From Candidatus Latescibacterota bacterium (GTDB lineage Bacteria; Latescibacterota; UBA2968), in assembly GCA_965204375.1 (NCBI GenBank), contig OZ241986.1, positions 5,024,001-5,088,000 on the forward strand: a stretch of DNA of 64,000 nucleotides. Reading direction: 5' to 3'. Below are positions 49,123-58,906 of this stretch, in pieces. A program made the position numbers and the translations under genes. The notes under the pieces are model-generated. The model was not told the origin of the DNA, searched no databases, and worked only from the letters and a program-made list of their open reading frames with translations. Positions within the stretch are counted from its first letter, which is position 1; every line of letters begins with the position of its first letter.

Positions 49123-49221
49123 ATTATAGCTCCGTAGTTATATTCATGCCTACTTTACATCCGTACCAATATACAACTTACACCACGTAGCGCCACCCGT
49201 TTCCCTCAACAGGAGCACGCA

Positions 49222-50088
49222 ATGCGACACTTAGTCACCATCTTTTTCACCATCATCTTCCTCACCCCAACCCATGCAGAAGTAAAACCCTGGGATGACG
49301 CATTCAAAAAACAATGGTACGCCGGACTCGCGGAAATCACGCGCTATGAACTCAAACAGGCGCAATATCGCGATGTTTATGATGGCGATGCCGTCCTCAT
49401 CTTCGTAACCGAAAACTTTCTCACAGACAAACACGTAAAGCACGAACGCGGCGACGGTCCAAGCACCTCCGTACTCAAACTCAACGCTATGCGCCAATTT
49501 ACAACGGGCCTCTATCCCTACTCCATCATGACCTCTGTATTCACACCCGTGGCTCCCGACGAAACGCGCACACTCAAAGTCACCAGCACAGCCCAGGAAT
49601 GGTGCGGACACACCTTTGCCCAAATAAACCAGCGCGACGGCAAATACAAAGCCACACTGCGTTCTTATTTTCAAAGCGATGGCGACCGCGACCTCACATT
49701 GCCCAGCGCCATTCTCGAAGACGAAATCTGGACGCGCATTCGACTGGCACCCGAGCACTTGCCCACAGGTGAAATCCAGATCATTCCGAGCATGCTATAC
49801 CAGCGCCTGACCCACACCCTCCCCGATGTCCAAACCGCCAATGCGGAATTCACCGAAAGCGACACAACTCAGGTCTATACCCTCGCGTACACCTCCATTG
49901 GCCGCAAACTCGCCATAACCTTTGAAAAAAACTATCCCCACGCCATCCTCGGCTGGGAAGAATCCATTCAACGTCGGGGCCGCTGGACTACGACCACAGC
50001 GCGCAAAACGCATACCACAATGATCGACTACTGGAACAAAAACAAAGTTGAAGACATCGCCTATCGCGCACAATTGGGCTTAAAATAG
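49222..50088 (+). CDS. Conserved secreted hypothetical protein
   Basis: Signal peptide; WY.G.AEI.RY.L.Q, IFVTE.F, QEWCGH, SYF. Confidence 0.75.
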   Translation: MRHLVTIFFTIIFLTPTHAEVKPWDDAFKKQWYAGLAEITRYELKQAQYRDVYDGDAVLIFVTENFLTDKHVKHERGDGPSTSVLKLNAMRQFTTGLYPYSIMTSVFTPVAPDETRTLKVTSTAQEWCGHTFAQINQRDGKYKATLRSYFQSDGDRDLTLPSAILEDEIWTRIRLAPEHLPTGEIQIIPSMLYQRLTHTLPDVQTANAEFTESDTTQVYTLAYTSIGRKLAITFEKNYPHAILGWEESIQRRGRWTTTTARKTHTTMIDYWNKNKVEDIAYRAQLGLK

Positions 50089-50258
50089 TTGTTCATATTA
50101 TGAGACTTGTCTATCTTTGTAACTGATATTGGGCAAGCAACCACCGATGAACACCGATGGTTGCTGTATTGCCCATCCCGAACACAGGCAAGGGTTGTCC
50201 TGCGTTAGTAAGGCAACAACTCTTATTTTCAACACACTCAAGATACCAGGCATAAAAC

Positions 50259-50295
50259 GCCTTTCATCTGTGTCCATCTGCGTCTATCTGCGGAT
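50259..50295. repeat. Decamer-unit dispersed repeat (inverted copy of 5792-5828)
   Basis: gcctttcatctgtgtccatctgcgtctatctgcggat. Confidence 0.75.
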
Positions 50296-50316
50296 ACTTT
50301 TTTCATAGAGGTTGAA

Positions 50317-50754
50317 ATGACCACCAAAAAAATAAAATTCATCGCTGGATTTGCCGTCATTATCGCCAGCCTGCTCACCATGATCGTGTACAGCTCTGAA
50401 AAAATGTCGCTGTACTACCTCACCGTCTCCGAACTGGAAGCGCGTGAAACCGAATTTGCCAACACCCGCTTCAAACTCGCCGGCAAAGTCATCCCCGGCA
50501 CCATCATCTCCCGCGATGGCAACCGCACCGTCGAATTTGAAATCTCTGACCTCATTGACCAGGACCCCTCTGCCAGCAAACGCACCATCCACTACACCGG
50601 CGTCGTACCCGACACCTTCCGCGAAGAAGCCGATGTCGTACTCGAAGGCAAAATCGGACCCAACGGCATCTTCGTAGCCGACGACATGCTCGCCAAATGC
50701 CCCTCCAAATACGAAAGCCAGAGCTACGAAGAAATCAAAGCGTCGTATGAATAG
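50317..50754 (+). CDS. ccmE: Cytochrome c maturation heme chaperone, Cys-type (CxxxY)
   Basis: YYLTVSE, YTGVVPDTFRE, LAKCPSKY. Confidence 0.92.
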   Translation: MTTKKIKFIAGFAVIIASLLTMIVYSSEKMSLYYLTVSELEARETEFANTRFKLAGKVIPGTIISRDGNRTVEFEISDLIDQDPSASKRTIHYTGVVPDTFREEADVVLEGKIGPNGIFVADDMLAKCPSKYESQSYEEIKASYE

Positions 50755-50778
50755 ACTAAGACCGCCGGGGAGTCTCTG

Positions 50779-50952
50779 ATGATTAAAGATCCTATTGTTG
50801 AGGAAATTCGTCAGCACCGTAGGGCACATGCTGCTGAACATGGAAATGACCTGGGACGCATTGTTCAAGCACTCCGCAAGCGCGAACGGGAGTCTGACCG
50901 TCCAGTGTTGAATCCGGGACCTAAGAAGCGATTGATCCCAATTGAGCGGTAG
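50779..50952 (+). CDS. Small 57-aa DPIVEEIR-type protein (antitoxin-like), not in the ORF track
   Basis: GGGGAG RBS; MIKDPIVEEIRQHRRAHAAEHGNDLGRI. Confidence 0.65.
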   Translation: MIKDPIVEEIRQHRRAHAAEHGNDLGRIVQALRKRERESDRPVLNPGPKKRLIPIER

Positions 50953-50974
50953 CAACATTGAGGAATGTTTTGAG

Positions 50975-51388
50975 ATGTTAATACAAGACTACTGGGGTGA
51001 TCTCCAGGTTACTACTGAGCAGTTGACGCCTGCCCAGATACTAAAAGAGCAAGCAAGTGTTTTGAATGAAAAAGTCGGCCGGCATATCAGGGCATCGGTT
51101 ATGACAAGTGGGCTTACAAAACAGCAATTCCGATCAACGCTCGCCATCACAGTTCCGGCATTGGATCGCTATCATCTGGATATCGTTACGGTGATTTATC
51201 CACTGAAAGACTATTACCCACTTGCCTTGTCAGATGACCTTGATGAAAGTGATGAACTGTCTGAGGTGAATTGCCACAGTGAACAGGAATTCCGCGATGC
51301 ATTGCACCGAATATTGAGTTCAAGGCGAACAACAGACACGTTGAATAGTTTGCTGTCATTGACCGCAGAAGAATTTCTGTCCCCATAA
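50975..51388 (+). CDS. Hypothetical protein
   Basis: DYWG...TPAQILKEQAS.L..K...VPAL..Y; composition differs from the flanking ccm genes. Confidence 0.65.
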   Translation: MLIQDYWGDLQVTTEQLTPAQILKEQASVLNEKVGRHIRASVMTSGLTKQQFRSTLAITVPALDRYHLDIVTVIYPLKDYYPLALSDDLDESDELSEVNCHSEQEFRDALHRILSSRRTTDTLNSLLSLTAEEFLSP

Positions 51389-51403
51389 CACAAGATCAAA
51401 CAC

Positions 51404-53389
51404 ATGCTCCCACAACTCGGTAACTTCCTTCTCTATCTCGCCCTATTCACCTCGGCTTATGCGGTCATCGCCGCAATTCTCGCTGCCAAAACCCGGCGAA
51501 TGGGCCTTATTCTGAGCACTGAACGCGCAGTCCTCACAGGTTTTGTACTCTGCCTCTCCGCCATGGCCATTCTCGAAGTGCTCTTCCTCACAGACCGCTT
51601 CGACATCTACTACATCGCCACCCACTCCAGCCGCGACCTGCCCACCGGCTACAAATTCACAGCCGTCTGGTCTGGCATGCAGGGATCGCTCTTGCTCTGG
51701 GCATTGATCCTATCCGGATTCATATTCTTTGCCGTCGTCAAAACCCGTGCCTTCCGCGGACCCCTCGCCTCTTATGCCACGGCCATCATGTCCTTCACGC
51801 TGACCTTCTTCCTCGCGCTCATCTGCATCCACGAAAATCCATTTGTCACCATGCCGCGTGCCCTGCCCGATGGAACCGGCATGAATCCCTTGCTCGTCCA
51901 TCCCGTCATGGCCATCCACCCCCCCATGCTCTATCACGGCTACGTCGGCTTTACCGTACCCTTTGCCTTTGCAATGGCCGCCCTCTTATCCAGACAAATC
52001 GACGAAGAATGGATTCGCACTACCCGCCGCTGGACCCTCCTCGCCTGGTTCTTCCTGGGCACGGGACAACTCCTCGGCGGCAAATGGGCCTACGTCGTCC
52101 TCGGCTGGGGCGGATACTGGGGCTGGGACCCGGTCGAAAACGCCGCCCTCTTGCCCTGGCTAACGGGCACAGCCTTCTTGCACTCCGTCATGATCCAGGA
52201 AAAAAAGGGCATGCTCAAAATCTGGAACATGGTCCTTATCATCGCCACCTACACCCTGTGCATCTACGGCACCTTCCTCACCCGAAGTGGCGTCGTATCC
52301 TCTGTACACGCGTTTGCCCAGTCTCCCATTGGGCCCTGGTTTGGCGTCCTTGTCGTCCTGATCGTCATCTTCTCAAGCCTCCTCCTCGTCTCGCGCCTGG
52401 ACCTGCTCAAAACCAAAACACAATACGAATCTCCCATCTCGCGCGAAGGTGGTTTTTTGCTCAATAATCTGCTCTTCCTCACCGCCACATTCGCCGTCTT
52501 CTGGGGCGTCATGTTTCCCGTGATCTCTGAAGCCGTTACCGGTGACAAAATCACCGTAGGTCCTCCCTACTTCAACACCGTCATGGTACCCATTGGCCTG
52601 CTCCTGCTCGTACTCACGGGCATAGGACCCTTGCTCGCCTGGCGGCGCACCTCGGGCAAAAGCCTGAGAAAGCACTTCACGGGATCGAGCATCATGGGAC
52701 TGATTTGCGGCATCGTCGCCATCGCCCTGGGTGTACGCGACATCTACGCCATCATCTCCTTCATCTTCTGCGGCTTTGTCACAGGCACCATCATCACCGA
52801 ATTTCATCGCGGCGCGCGCGCGCGCGGCAGCAGCTCTGGCGAATCCTATCTCCGCGCAATCGTCAACCTCACCCGGCGAAATCGCCGTCGATATGGCGGT
52901 TATATCATCCACTTTGGCGTGGTCCTGCTCTTCATCGGATTTACCGGCAATGCGTTCAACAAAGATTCCCAGGTCGAACTCAAATACATGGAATCCACCG
53001 ACATCGGCCCCTACACACTCACCTATGAAGGCATTACCGAATCCACCAATCCACTCACCTGGGACATCGTCGCCCAGCTCGGCGTCTATAAACACGGACA
53101 GCGATTGGGCACCATGTGGCCCCACCAAAAAGTCTATTACAAACGACAGGATCAACAAAGAACCACAGAAGTCGCCATCCGATCCAACCTGCGCGAAGAC
53201 CTCTACGCGCTCTATCAGGGCGTTGACATGCGAGACGGCGAAGAAATCGCCCTCTTTCACCTGTACATCAACCCCCTCGTCATGTGGGTCTGGATAGGCG
53301 CGTGGATCATCACAATCGGCACCATCATCGTCATGTGGCCCGACAAGCGCGAAAAACAGGTGATGCAAATGCGGGAGGCGATGGCATGA
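51404..53389 (+). CDS. ccmF: Cytochrome c heme lyase
   Basis: GSLLLW, HPPMLY.GY, WGGYWGWDPVEN, GTFLTRSG..SVHAF. Confidence 0.97.
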   Translation: MLPQLGNFLLYLALFTSAYAVIAAILAAKTRRMGLILSTERAVLTGFVLCLSAMAILEVLFLTDRFDIYYIATHSSRDLPTGYKFTAVWSGMQGSLLLWALILSGFIFFAVVKTRAFRGPLASYATAIMSFTLTFFLALICIHENPFVTMPRALPDGTGMNPLLVHPVMAIHPPMLYHGYVGFTVPFAFAMAALLSRQIDEEWIRTTRRWTLLAWFFLGTGQLLGGKWAYVVLGWGGYWGWDPVENAALLPWLTGTAFLHSVMIQEKKGMLKIWNMVLIIATYTLCIYGTFLTRSGVVSSVHAFAQSPIGPWFGVLVVLIVIFSSLLLVSRLDLLKTKTQYESPISREGGFLLNNLLFLTATFAVFWGVMFPVISEAVTGDKITVGPPYFNTVMVPIGLLLLVLTGIGPLLAWRRTSGKSLRKHFTGSSIMGLICGIVAIALGVRDIYAIISFIFCGFVTGTIITEFHRGARARGSSSGESYLRAIVNLTRRNRRRYGGYIIHFGVVLLFIGFTGNAFNKDSQVELKYMESTDIGPYTLTYEGITESTNPLTWDIVAQLGVYKHGQRLGTMWPHQKVYYKRQDQQRTTEVAIRSNLREDLYALYQGVDMRDGEEIALFHLYINPLVMWVWIGAWIITIGTIIVMWPDKREKQVMQMREAMA

Positions 53390-53844
53390 AGCCCGCAATC
53401 CTCATCCCGATATTCTTTCTTCTCTTCGCAATACCCGTCCGCGCCGAAGTGACCCAGGAACAGGTTGATGAAGTGGGCAAAGAACTCGCCTGCTTGTGCG
53501 GGGACTGCCCGCGCCGACCACTGGATGAATGCATTTGTGGGTATGCACTGCAACAGAAAGACCGCATCAAAAAAATGCTGGCCTCCGGTCAAACATCGCA
53601 GGCCATTATCGATGCTTATATACGTGAATTTGGCCTGGAAATCCTCTCCAAACCGCCAGCCAAAGGCTTCAACCTCGTAGCATGGATCATGCCGCCCCTC
53701 GTTCTTCTTCTCGGATTCTTCGCCGTACGCAGCGTGCTCCGAATCTGGTCAAAAACAAAAAGTCCCACCACACCAGCATCACAACCCGCGCGCGATGATC
53801 CGTACCTCGACCGCCTTGAAAGCGACCTCAAGGAGCGCGAGTGA
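53386..53844 (+). CDS. ccmH: CcmH/CcmL-like protein with CxCxxC
   Basis: LACLCGDC, FG..IL..P...GFN..AW..P. Confidence 0.75.
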   Translation: MKPAILIPIFFLLFAIPVRAEVTQEQVDEVGKELACLCGDCPRRPLDECICGYALQQKDRIKKMLASGQTSQAIIDAYIREFGLEILSKPPAKGFNLVAWIMPPLVLLLGFFAVRSVLRIWSKTKSPTTPASQPARDDPYLDRLESDLKERE

Positions 53845-54224
53845 TGATCATTGCCGCTTTTATCCTCATCGCAGCGGGCATCTTGCTCTTTATATTCACA
53901 CCGCTGTTCGACCCCCGCGACACCAGCACCATCAACCAGATCTCCCGCAGAGAAGCGCGGCGGCGAGAACTGATCGAACAGCGCGACATGGTCTATGAAG
54001 CCATCCGCGAACTCGACTTTGACCATCGCATGGGAAAAGTCGAAGAAGACGACTACCGGCAAACCCGCGCCCGTTATACGGCACAAGCAGTAGAACTCAT
54101 CAAATCCCTCGACAAAGCCGCTGAACGCACAGACCGCCCCGCCCCCAAACCGCAGGGAATCTCCGACCAGATAGAAAAAGAAATCGCCGCCATTCGTCGT
54201 ACCAGAAAAAAACGTAACAAATGA
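53841..54224 (+). CDS. CcmI-like N-terminal membrane protein
   Basis: TM followed by IRELDFD...GK....DY...R..Y. Confidence 0.65.
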   Translation: MMIIAAFILIAAGILLFIFTPLFDPRDTSTINQISRREARRRELIEQRDMVYEAIRELDFDHRMGKVEEDDYRQTRARYTAQAVELIKSLDKAAERTDRPAPKPQGISDQIEKEIAAIRRTRKKRNK

Positions 54225-54254
54225 AAGGCGTGAAAAAATTAAAAATATCCACTT

Positions 54255-54575
54255 ATGAAATGGGAAATCATATACTTCAACAGCACAGTAAAAAAATCTG
54301 TTGAAACACTTCCAAAAGGATTATATGCACGTTTCTTGCGCATGGCAACAATGATGCGCGAAAACGGTCCTAATTTGGGAATGCCGCATACAAAGTCCAT
54401 GGGGGATGGGCTGTTTGAGATGCGCTTGAGAGCTATGGAGGGAATTGCCCGAATTTTTTACTGCACTATTATTGGCAACCGAATTTACCTGCTACATAGC
54501 ATAATAAAGAAAACTCAGAAAACACCCCAAATAGACCTGGAGATTGCAAAACGTAGAATGAAGGAGGTTAAGTAA
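54255..54575 (+). CDS. RelE/HigB-type toxin (Gp49-like)
   Basis: GPNLGMPHTKSMGDGLFEMR, RIFY, LHSIIKKTQKTP. Confidence 0.9.
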   Translation: MKWEIIYFNSTVKKSVETLPKGLYARFLRMATMMRENGPNLGMPHTKSMGDGLFEMRLRAMEGIARIFYCTIIGNRIYLLHSIIKKTQKTPQIDLEIAKRRMKEVK

Positions 54576-54576
54576 T

Positions 54577-54897
54577 ATGAAAAGAACTGCCCATAAATTC
54601 GATCCGATTCCACTCGATATAGAAGAAGCGTTGGCAAACAATCCGGATGTAAAAGCAGAATATGATCGCCTTGAGCCAGAGTTTGAGTTGCTCAATACAT
54701 TATTGAAAGCTCGAAAGCGAGCAGGCATGACCCAACTGGATGTTGCAAATGCGATGGGTGTTAAACGTCCGTCTGTGGTACGTTTAGAATCGGCAAACGC
54801 AAGTCATTCGCCAAGCGTAAAGACCTTGCAACAATACGCTGAAGCTGTGGGATGTAAATTGGAAATTAAGTTGATACCGCAACAACGGAAGGCGTAG
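54577..54897 (+). CDS. XRE-family HTH antitoxin (HigA-like)
   Basis: ARKRAGMTQLDVA..MG.....V.RLES, SPSVKTL..YA.A.G. Confidence 0.9.
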   Translation: MKRTAHKFDPIPLDIEEALANNPDVKAEYDRLEPEFELLNTLLKARKRAGMTQLDVANAMGVKRPSVVRLESANASHSPSVKTLQQYAEAVGCKLEIKLIPQQRKA

Positions 54898-54979
54898 TGA
54901 AGATATTGATAATTAGCTGAGGGGTGTGCAGAAAAGACCAGCAAAGAGGAATTATACTACGAGTGTACTGGAGGATATA

Positions 54980-55840
54980 ATGATTCTAATTGATGGTGAA
55001 TGTCCGATCTGCCGTACTACTAAACTACATCTCAATACCAGCGACCTATCGGAGTGTCCAAAATGTAATTTGATGATTGCCATTTTTGGCCCTATAGCAA
55101 CTGTAATGCCGGAAAGGGGAAATGGAAAGTTTAGATTTGAGGATTGTCCGCCAATACATCGAGAAGGTTTAGCTTTAGCACCCTCCAAAGATGATTCTAT
55201 ATTGCCAGATGAGAAAAATCTTTTTAGAGATTTAAATGCGCTTGAAAAGTACCTACCTGTTGTAAAGCAGGAAAATGAAAATACTGATGACTACCATTTG
55301 TGGTTTGAATTTGTAGATCATTTCAACGTTTGTATTGAGAAATGCTCTGATGAACAATTGTGTCAAGCATGGAGCAGCCGCAAAGATCGTACAAAATTCT
55401 ATACTAAGGACCTTCTACCTCAAGTAGCTAAAAATATGAACTTAGAAATAACCAAAGAAAAGTTTAAAGTTGATTTCGTGATGGGGAAAGAAGATTCATC
55501 TGAACATGTAATTCCTAAGATATATATTGAGTCCGAAAATGTTTTCAACAGTGCAGGACAGGAGATTGAGAAACTTTGTTCATTAAACTCGCCTTTGAGA
55601 ATATTGATTACGGTTGATGAATGGCCTAATGATCCTACAAAAAAATTTAGCAAATTGAGAGAATGGCAATCCATAGTTAAAGCGCATAAAAAACAGAATA
55701 AACAGAATTTTTCAGGAACAATCGGGATATTAATTGGGGCTTTCGAATCTGATATTTTAAGATTTCATGCACTTGCATTTTGGCCTGATGGAGACTTAAG
55801 AGATCCAGAGCATGTGATATTTGAAAGAGAGTTAAATTAA
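54980..55840 (+). CDS. Hypothetical AT-rich protein: N-terminal Zn ribbon, putative restriction-endonuclease-like C-terminus
   Basis: CPIC..CPKC; KVDFV...IYIESEN. Confidence 0.55.
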   Translation: MILIDGECPICRTTKLHLNTSDLSECPKCNLMIAIFGPIATVMPERGNGKFRFEDCPPIHREGLALAPSKDDSILPDEKNLFRDLNALEKYLPVVKQENENTDDYHLWFEFVDHFNVCIEKCSDEQLCQAWSSRKDRTKFYTKDLLPQVAKNMNLEITKEKFKVDFVMGKEDSSEHVIPKIYIESENVFNSAGQEIEKLCSLNSPLRILITVDEWPNDPTKKFSKLREWQSIVKAHKKQNKQNFSGTIGILIGAFESDILRFHALAFWPDGDLRDPEHVIFERELN

Positions 55841-55881
55841 GGGGAGGGACTATATAGGATAGTGCCGAAGCAGAGAGTGAG

Positions 55882-55913
55882 AAAAGGCTACGTCTCGAAA
55901 GACGTAGCCTTTG
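55882..55913. terminator. Intrinsic terminator
   Basis: AAAGGCTACGTC-tcgaaa-GACGTAGCCTTT. Confidence 0.75.
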
Positions 55914-56222
55914 TTATTTGCCAGAAGTTATAGATTACGCAAGAATCACCACCACATGGTCAAGCGGTACATATCTTTCACCTGACCACCCATTCACCGC
56001 TCAAAATGTACACGATATTGTTCTGCACCAAACGGGCGAACCACAAATTCAGGTTGTAAAAAAGGGCACAATACAGCATATTGAAGACATAATAAGGGTA
56101 TTTAAGTACTGTCTATACTATTTGTCGTGCGATGCTGTGACATTGGCCTGATATTTGCTTTGGATTCTGACAGTTGCGTGTATTCCAAAAAGACGCTAAC
56201 CTTCAGATCCGGGGCATCTCTT

Positions 56223-57143
56223 ATGGCAGATATTGACACCATCTCCAAATACCTCATTCAACACTATCCCGACCACTTCGCAAATTTTGCCCTCGCACGA
56301 GACGACATCGAGGTCATTGAAGTCATTGACACGGAGCAACTCACGGTTGAAGCACGACAGTCCGATAGCTTCATCCGCGTGAGAATCGGCGACGAAGAGG
56401 CGTTGGTACATAACGAGTTTCAAACCACCGACAGCACCAATCTGCCTATGCCGCGCCGCATGGCTGGCTATATCGGACGCGCCATTGAGCATCACGGTTT
56501 GCCGATATATTCCAATGTCATCTACCTGCGTCCCAATGCTGGGCAACGCGATCCTGGATTCTACGAGCAAGCCCAGCTTGGCTATCGCGTGGTGATTCAG
56601 TACAATGTGATTCGGCTGATCGAAATAGAAGGCCAACGCATCCTAAATACGGGGCATTCGGGTCTGATTCCTTTCACGCCATTGATGAAGCCACCTGAAG
56701 GGATGGCTTCGGATGCGTGGTTGCATCAGTGTATTCACACGGCTCAGACGAGCCGCATAGAACGGACGCGCAAGGCCAATTATCTGGCATGCATGGCGAC
56801 CTTAAGCGAGTTGGTGTATGAATCTGAAGCGATTTCTGAAATCATTATCAAGGAGGGTATCATGGATCTGATCCGCGAATCATCCCTTATTCAATACTTT
56901 AAGCGAGAAGGCATAGAGGAAGGTATTGAGCAAGGTATTGAGCAAGGTATTGAGCAGGGAGGCAGGCAACGTGCCATTGAAGATCTTCTCGATGTGTTGG
57001 AGATCCGATTTGATATGCCCGAGACACACCCCCTATCCACCCACATTGCCGCCATAGACGATTTGCAACGCCTCAAGCAGTTGCACCGTGCGGCGATACA
57101 GGTGCCCAATCTCGAGGCATTTCAGCGCATGTTAGATGCGTGA
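56223..57143 (+). CDS. Rpn/YhgA-like PD-(D/E)XK nuclease (long form)
   Basis: D.ISK.L, RQSDS, HNEFQT, MPRRM..Y, VIYL, EEGIEQGIEQG repeats. Confidence 0.88.
   Translation: MADIDTISKYLIQHYPDHFANFALARDDIEVIEVIDTEQLTVEARQSDSFIRVRIGDEEALVHNEFQTTDSTNLPMPRRMAGYIGRAIEHHGLPIYSNVIYLRPNAGQRDPGFYEQAQLGYRVVIQYNVIRLIEIEGQRILNTGHSGLIPFTPLMKPPEGMASDAWLHQCIHTAQTSRIERTRKANYLACMATLSELVYESEAISEIIIKEGIMDLIRESSLIQYFKREGIEEGIEQGIEQGIEQGGRQRAIEDLLDVLEIRFDMPETHPLSTHIAAIDDLQRLKQLHRAAIQVPNLEAFQRMLDA
56862..57143 (+). CDS. Putative intragenic RpnS antitoxin (93 aa)
   Basis: In-frame AAGGAGG-gtatc-ATG inside rpn; the same N-terminus occurs stand-alone at 5047. Confidence 0.65.
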   Translation: MDLIRESSLIQYFKREGIEEGIEQGIEQGIEQGGRQRAIEDLLDVLEIRFDMPETHPLSTHIAAIDDLQRLKQLHRAAIQVPNLEAFQRMLDA

Positions 57144-57162
57144 CTTGAAACGCGAGAACAAA

Positions 57163-58197
57163 ATGCAACCAATATTCCTCATCGCATTCCTCACACTTCT
57201 TATCACCTCTCCTACCTTCGCGCTTACGGGTCGCGTCGTCAACCAGACCCTCAATCGGCCCGAACCCGATATTGAAGTCTCTTATATCCTCCATGAAGCC
57301 GGAGACGTCACCGTAGTGCGCGACACCACCGACAGCAAGGGCCAATTCACCCTCGACGTCCCCCCAGACCCAGGCGCCGAACCACCGCCCATGCTATTTG
57401 CCCGATACAACGGCATAGACTACCCGGGCAACCCGGCACCTGCGGGCGACACCGTTGACATCCCCGTATTTGAAACCACGGACTCCGACACCGCCATATC
57501 CCTATCTTCACACCACATCCTCCTCGATGCCCAGGCTGGCACAGTCACATATATTTTCATCGTACACAACCACGGCGACCGCACCTACCTCACGGGCGGC
57601 GACGACGGCCACGGCCTGGAAATACCCCTGCCCGACGGCGTAACCGACATTCTTCGCGCACCGCAAGGCGTACACCTGCACGATACATTGCTCGTTGACC
57701 CACGCCCTATCATCCCCGGAAATAGCCAGACCTTTTTCACATTCTCCATACCCCCGTCCAACCGCATCGCACAACGCATCACCTATCCCACCGCGGGCAT
57801 GGACTTGCTCGTCCAGCCGACTGACACGCCCGTCTCTACAACAGTACTTCGAGACCTCGGGGACGTGACATTGGGTACGAATGTCTTTCGACGCTTTGGC
57901 GCCGAACAACTCGCGCCCGGCACACAGATCGACATCGCACTCTCATCGCCCGAGACCACATTCGCATTCAATTCGCAAACCCCAATATGGATCGCTGCTG
58001 CCAGTGTGGTCGCACTCGCAATCCTCGTCCTGTACATGCGCACGCTCAAAACAACGCCCAATCGGCGCACAATACTGCTCGAACAAATCGCCGACCTCGA
58101 CGAGCGATATGAAAACGGCAACCTCTCGGAAACCGATTACAAAAACAGGCGCAATGCCCTCAAAGCCGAAGTCATTGATCTGTCAGATAGCAACTAA
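57163..58197 (+). CDS. ccm-associated membrane protein with carboxypeptidase-regulatory-like domain
   Basis: Signal peptide, GRVVNQT...TTDSKGQF, TM, LLEQIADLDERYENG.L...DY. Confidence 0.7.
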   Translation: MQPIFLIAFLTLLITSPTFALTGRVVNQTLNRPEPDIEVSYILHEAGDVTVVRDTTDSKGQFTLDVPPDPGAEPPPMLFARYNGIDYPGNPAPAGDTVDIPVFETTDSDTAISLSSHHILLDAQAGTVTYIFIVHNHGDRTYLTGGDDGHGLEIPLPDGVTDILRAPQGVHLHDTLLVDPRPIIPGNSQTFFTFSIPPSNRIAQRITYPTAGMDLLVQPTDTPVSTTVLRDLGDVTLGTNVFRRFGAEQLAPGTQIDIALSSPETTFAFNSQTPIWIAAASVVALAILVLYMRTLKTTPNRRTILLEQIADLDERYENGNLSETDYKNRRNALKAEVIDLSDSN

Positions 58198-58904
58198 TGA
58201 ACACGGCCATCGACATACAGAACACAACCCGCCGTTTTGGTCATATCACGGCTCTACAAGACATAAACCTCACCGTACCAACGGGATGTATTTTTGCACT
58301 CTTTGGCCCAAACGGAGCGGGCAAAACAACCCTGTTGCGCCTCATCGCCACACTATCAAAACCATCATCGGGCGACATCTGGGTCAGCAATATAGACACC
58401 CGGCGTAATCCGCATGAAATACGAAAAAATATCGGATTCATCTCGCATCAAACCATGCTCTACGACGACCTCACAGCGCGAGAAAATCTCGCATTCTACG
58501 GACGCATGTACGGCCTCCAAAACCTCAATACCCGCATTGAAGAAGTCCTCCTCGCCGTTGGCCTGAAAGATCGCCAGCGCGACCGGATACACAAATTTTC
58601 CCGGGGCATGAAACAGCGACTGGCCATTGCCCGGGCCATCTTGCACCACCCATCGACCCTCTTGCTCGACGAACCCTTCACCGGCCTCGACACATCGGCA
58701 CAGTCGGTATTATCCAGCATAATCACCGACCTCAAAGCAGAAGGACGCACCATCTTCCTGGTCACACACGACCTCGCGCGGGGCCTCGCGCTCGCAGACC
58801 GCTTTGGCATCCTCTTTCAGGGCCAATTAGTACACGAAGCACCGTCAAAAGACATCAGTGAATCCGAATTGCAAACCCTCTACGAAACCAAAACCATCCT
58901 TTGA
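58197..58904 (+). CDS. ccmA: Heme ABC exporter ATP-binding subunit
   Basis: GPNGAGKTT, FSRGMKQR, LLDEPFTGLD; next to ccmBC. Confidence 0.88.
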   Translation: MNTAIDIQNTTRRFGHITALQDINLTVPTGCIFALFGPNGAGKTTLLRLIATLSKPSSGDIWVSNIDTRRNPHEIRKNIGFISHQTMLYDDLTARENLAFYGRMYGLQNLNTRIEEVLLAVGLKDRQRDRIHKFSRGMKQRLAIARAILHHPSTLLLDEPFTGLDTSAQSVLSSIITDLKAEGRTIFLVTHDLARGLALADRFGILFQGQLVHEAPSKDISESELQTLYETKTIL

Positions 58905-58906
58905 AA

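Noticed and set aside
50130-50175. Imperfect palindrome TGGGCAA-GCAACCA...TGGTTGC...TTGCCCA upstream of ccmE as a riboswitch
   Set aside because: No recognisable aptamer consensus and single copy; may simply be a terminator or REP
56223-57143. Rpn as an IS transposase
   Set aside because: No terminal repeats or target duplication seen; the family is a PD-(D/E)XK nuclease
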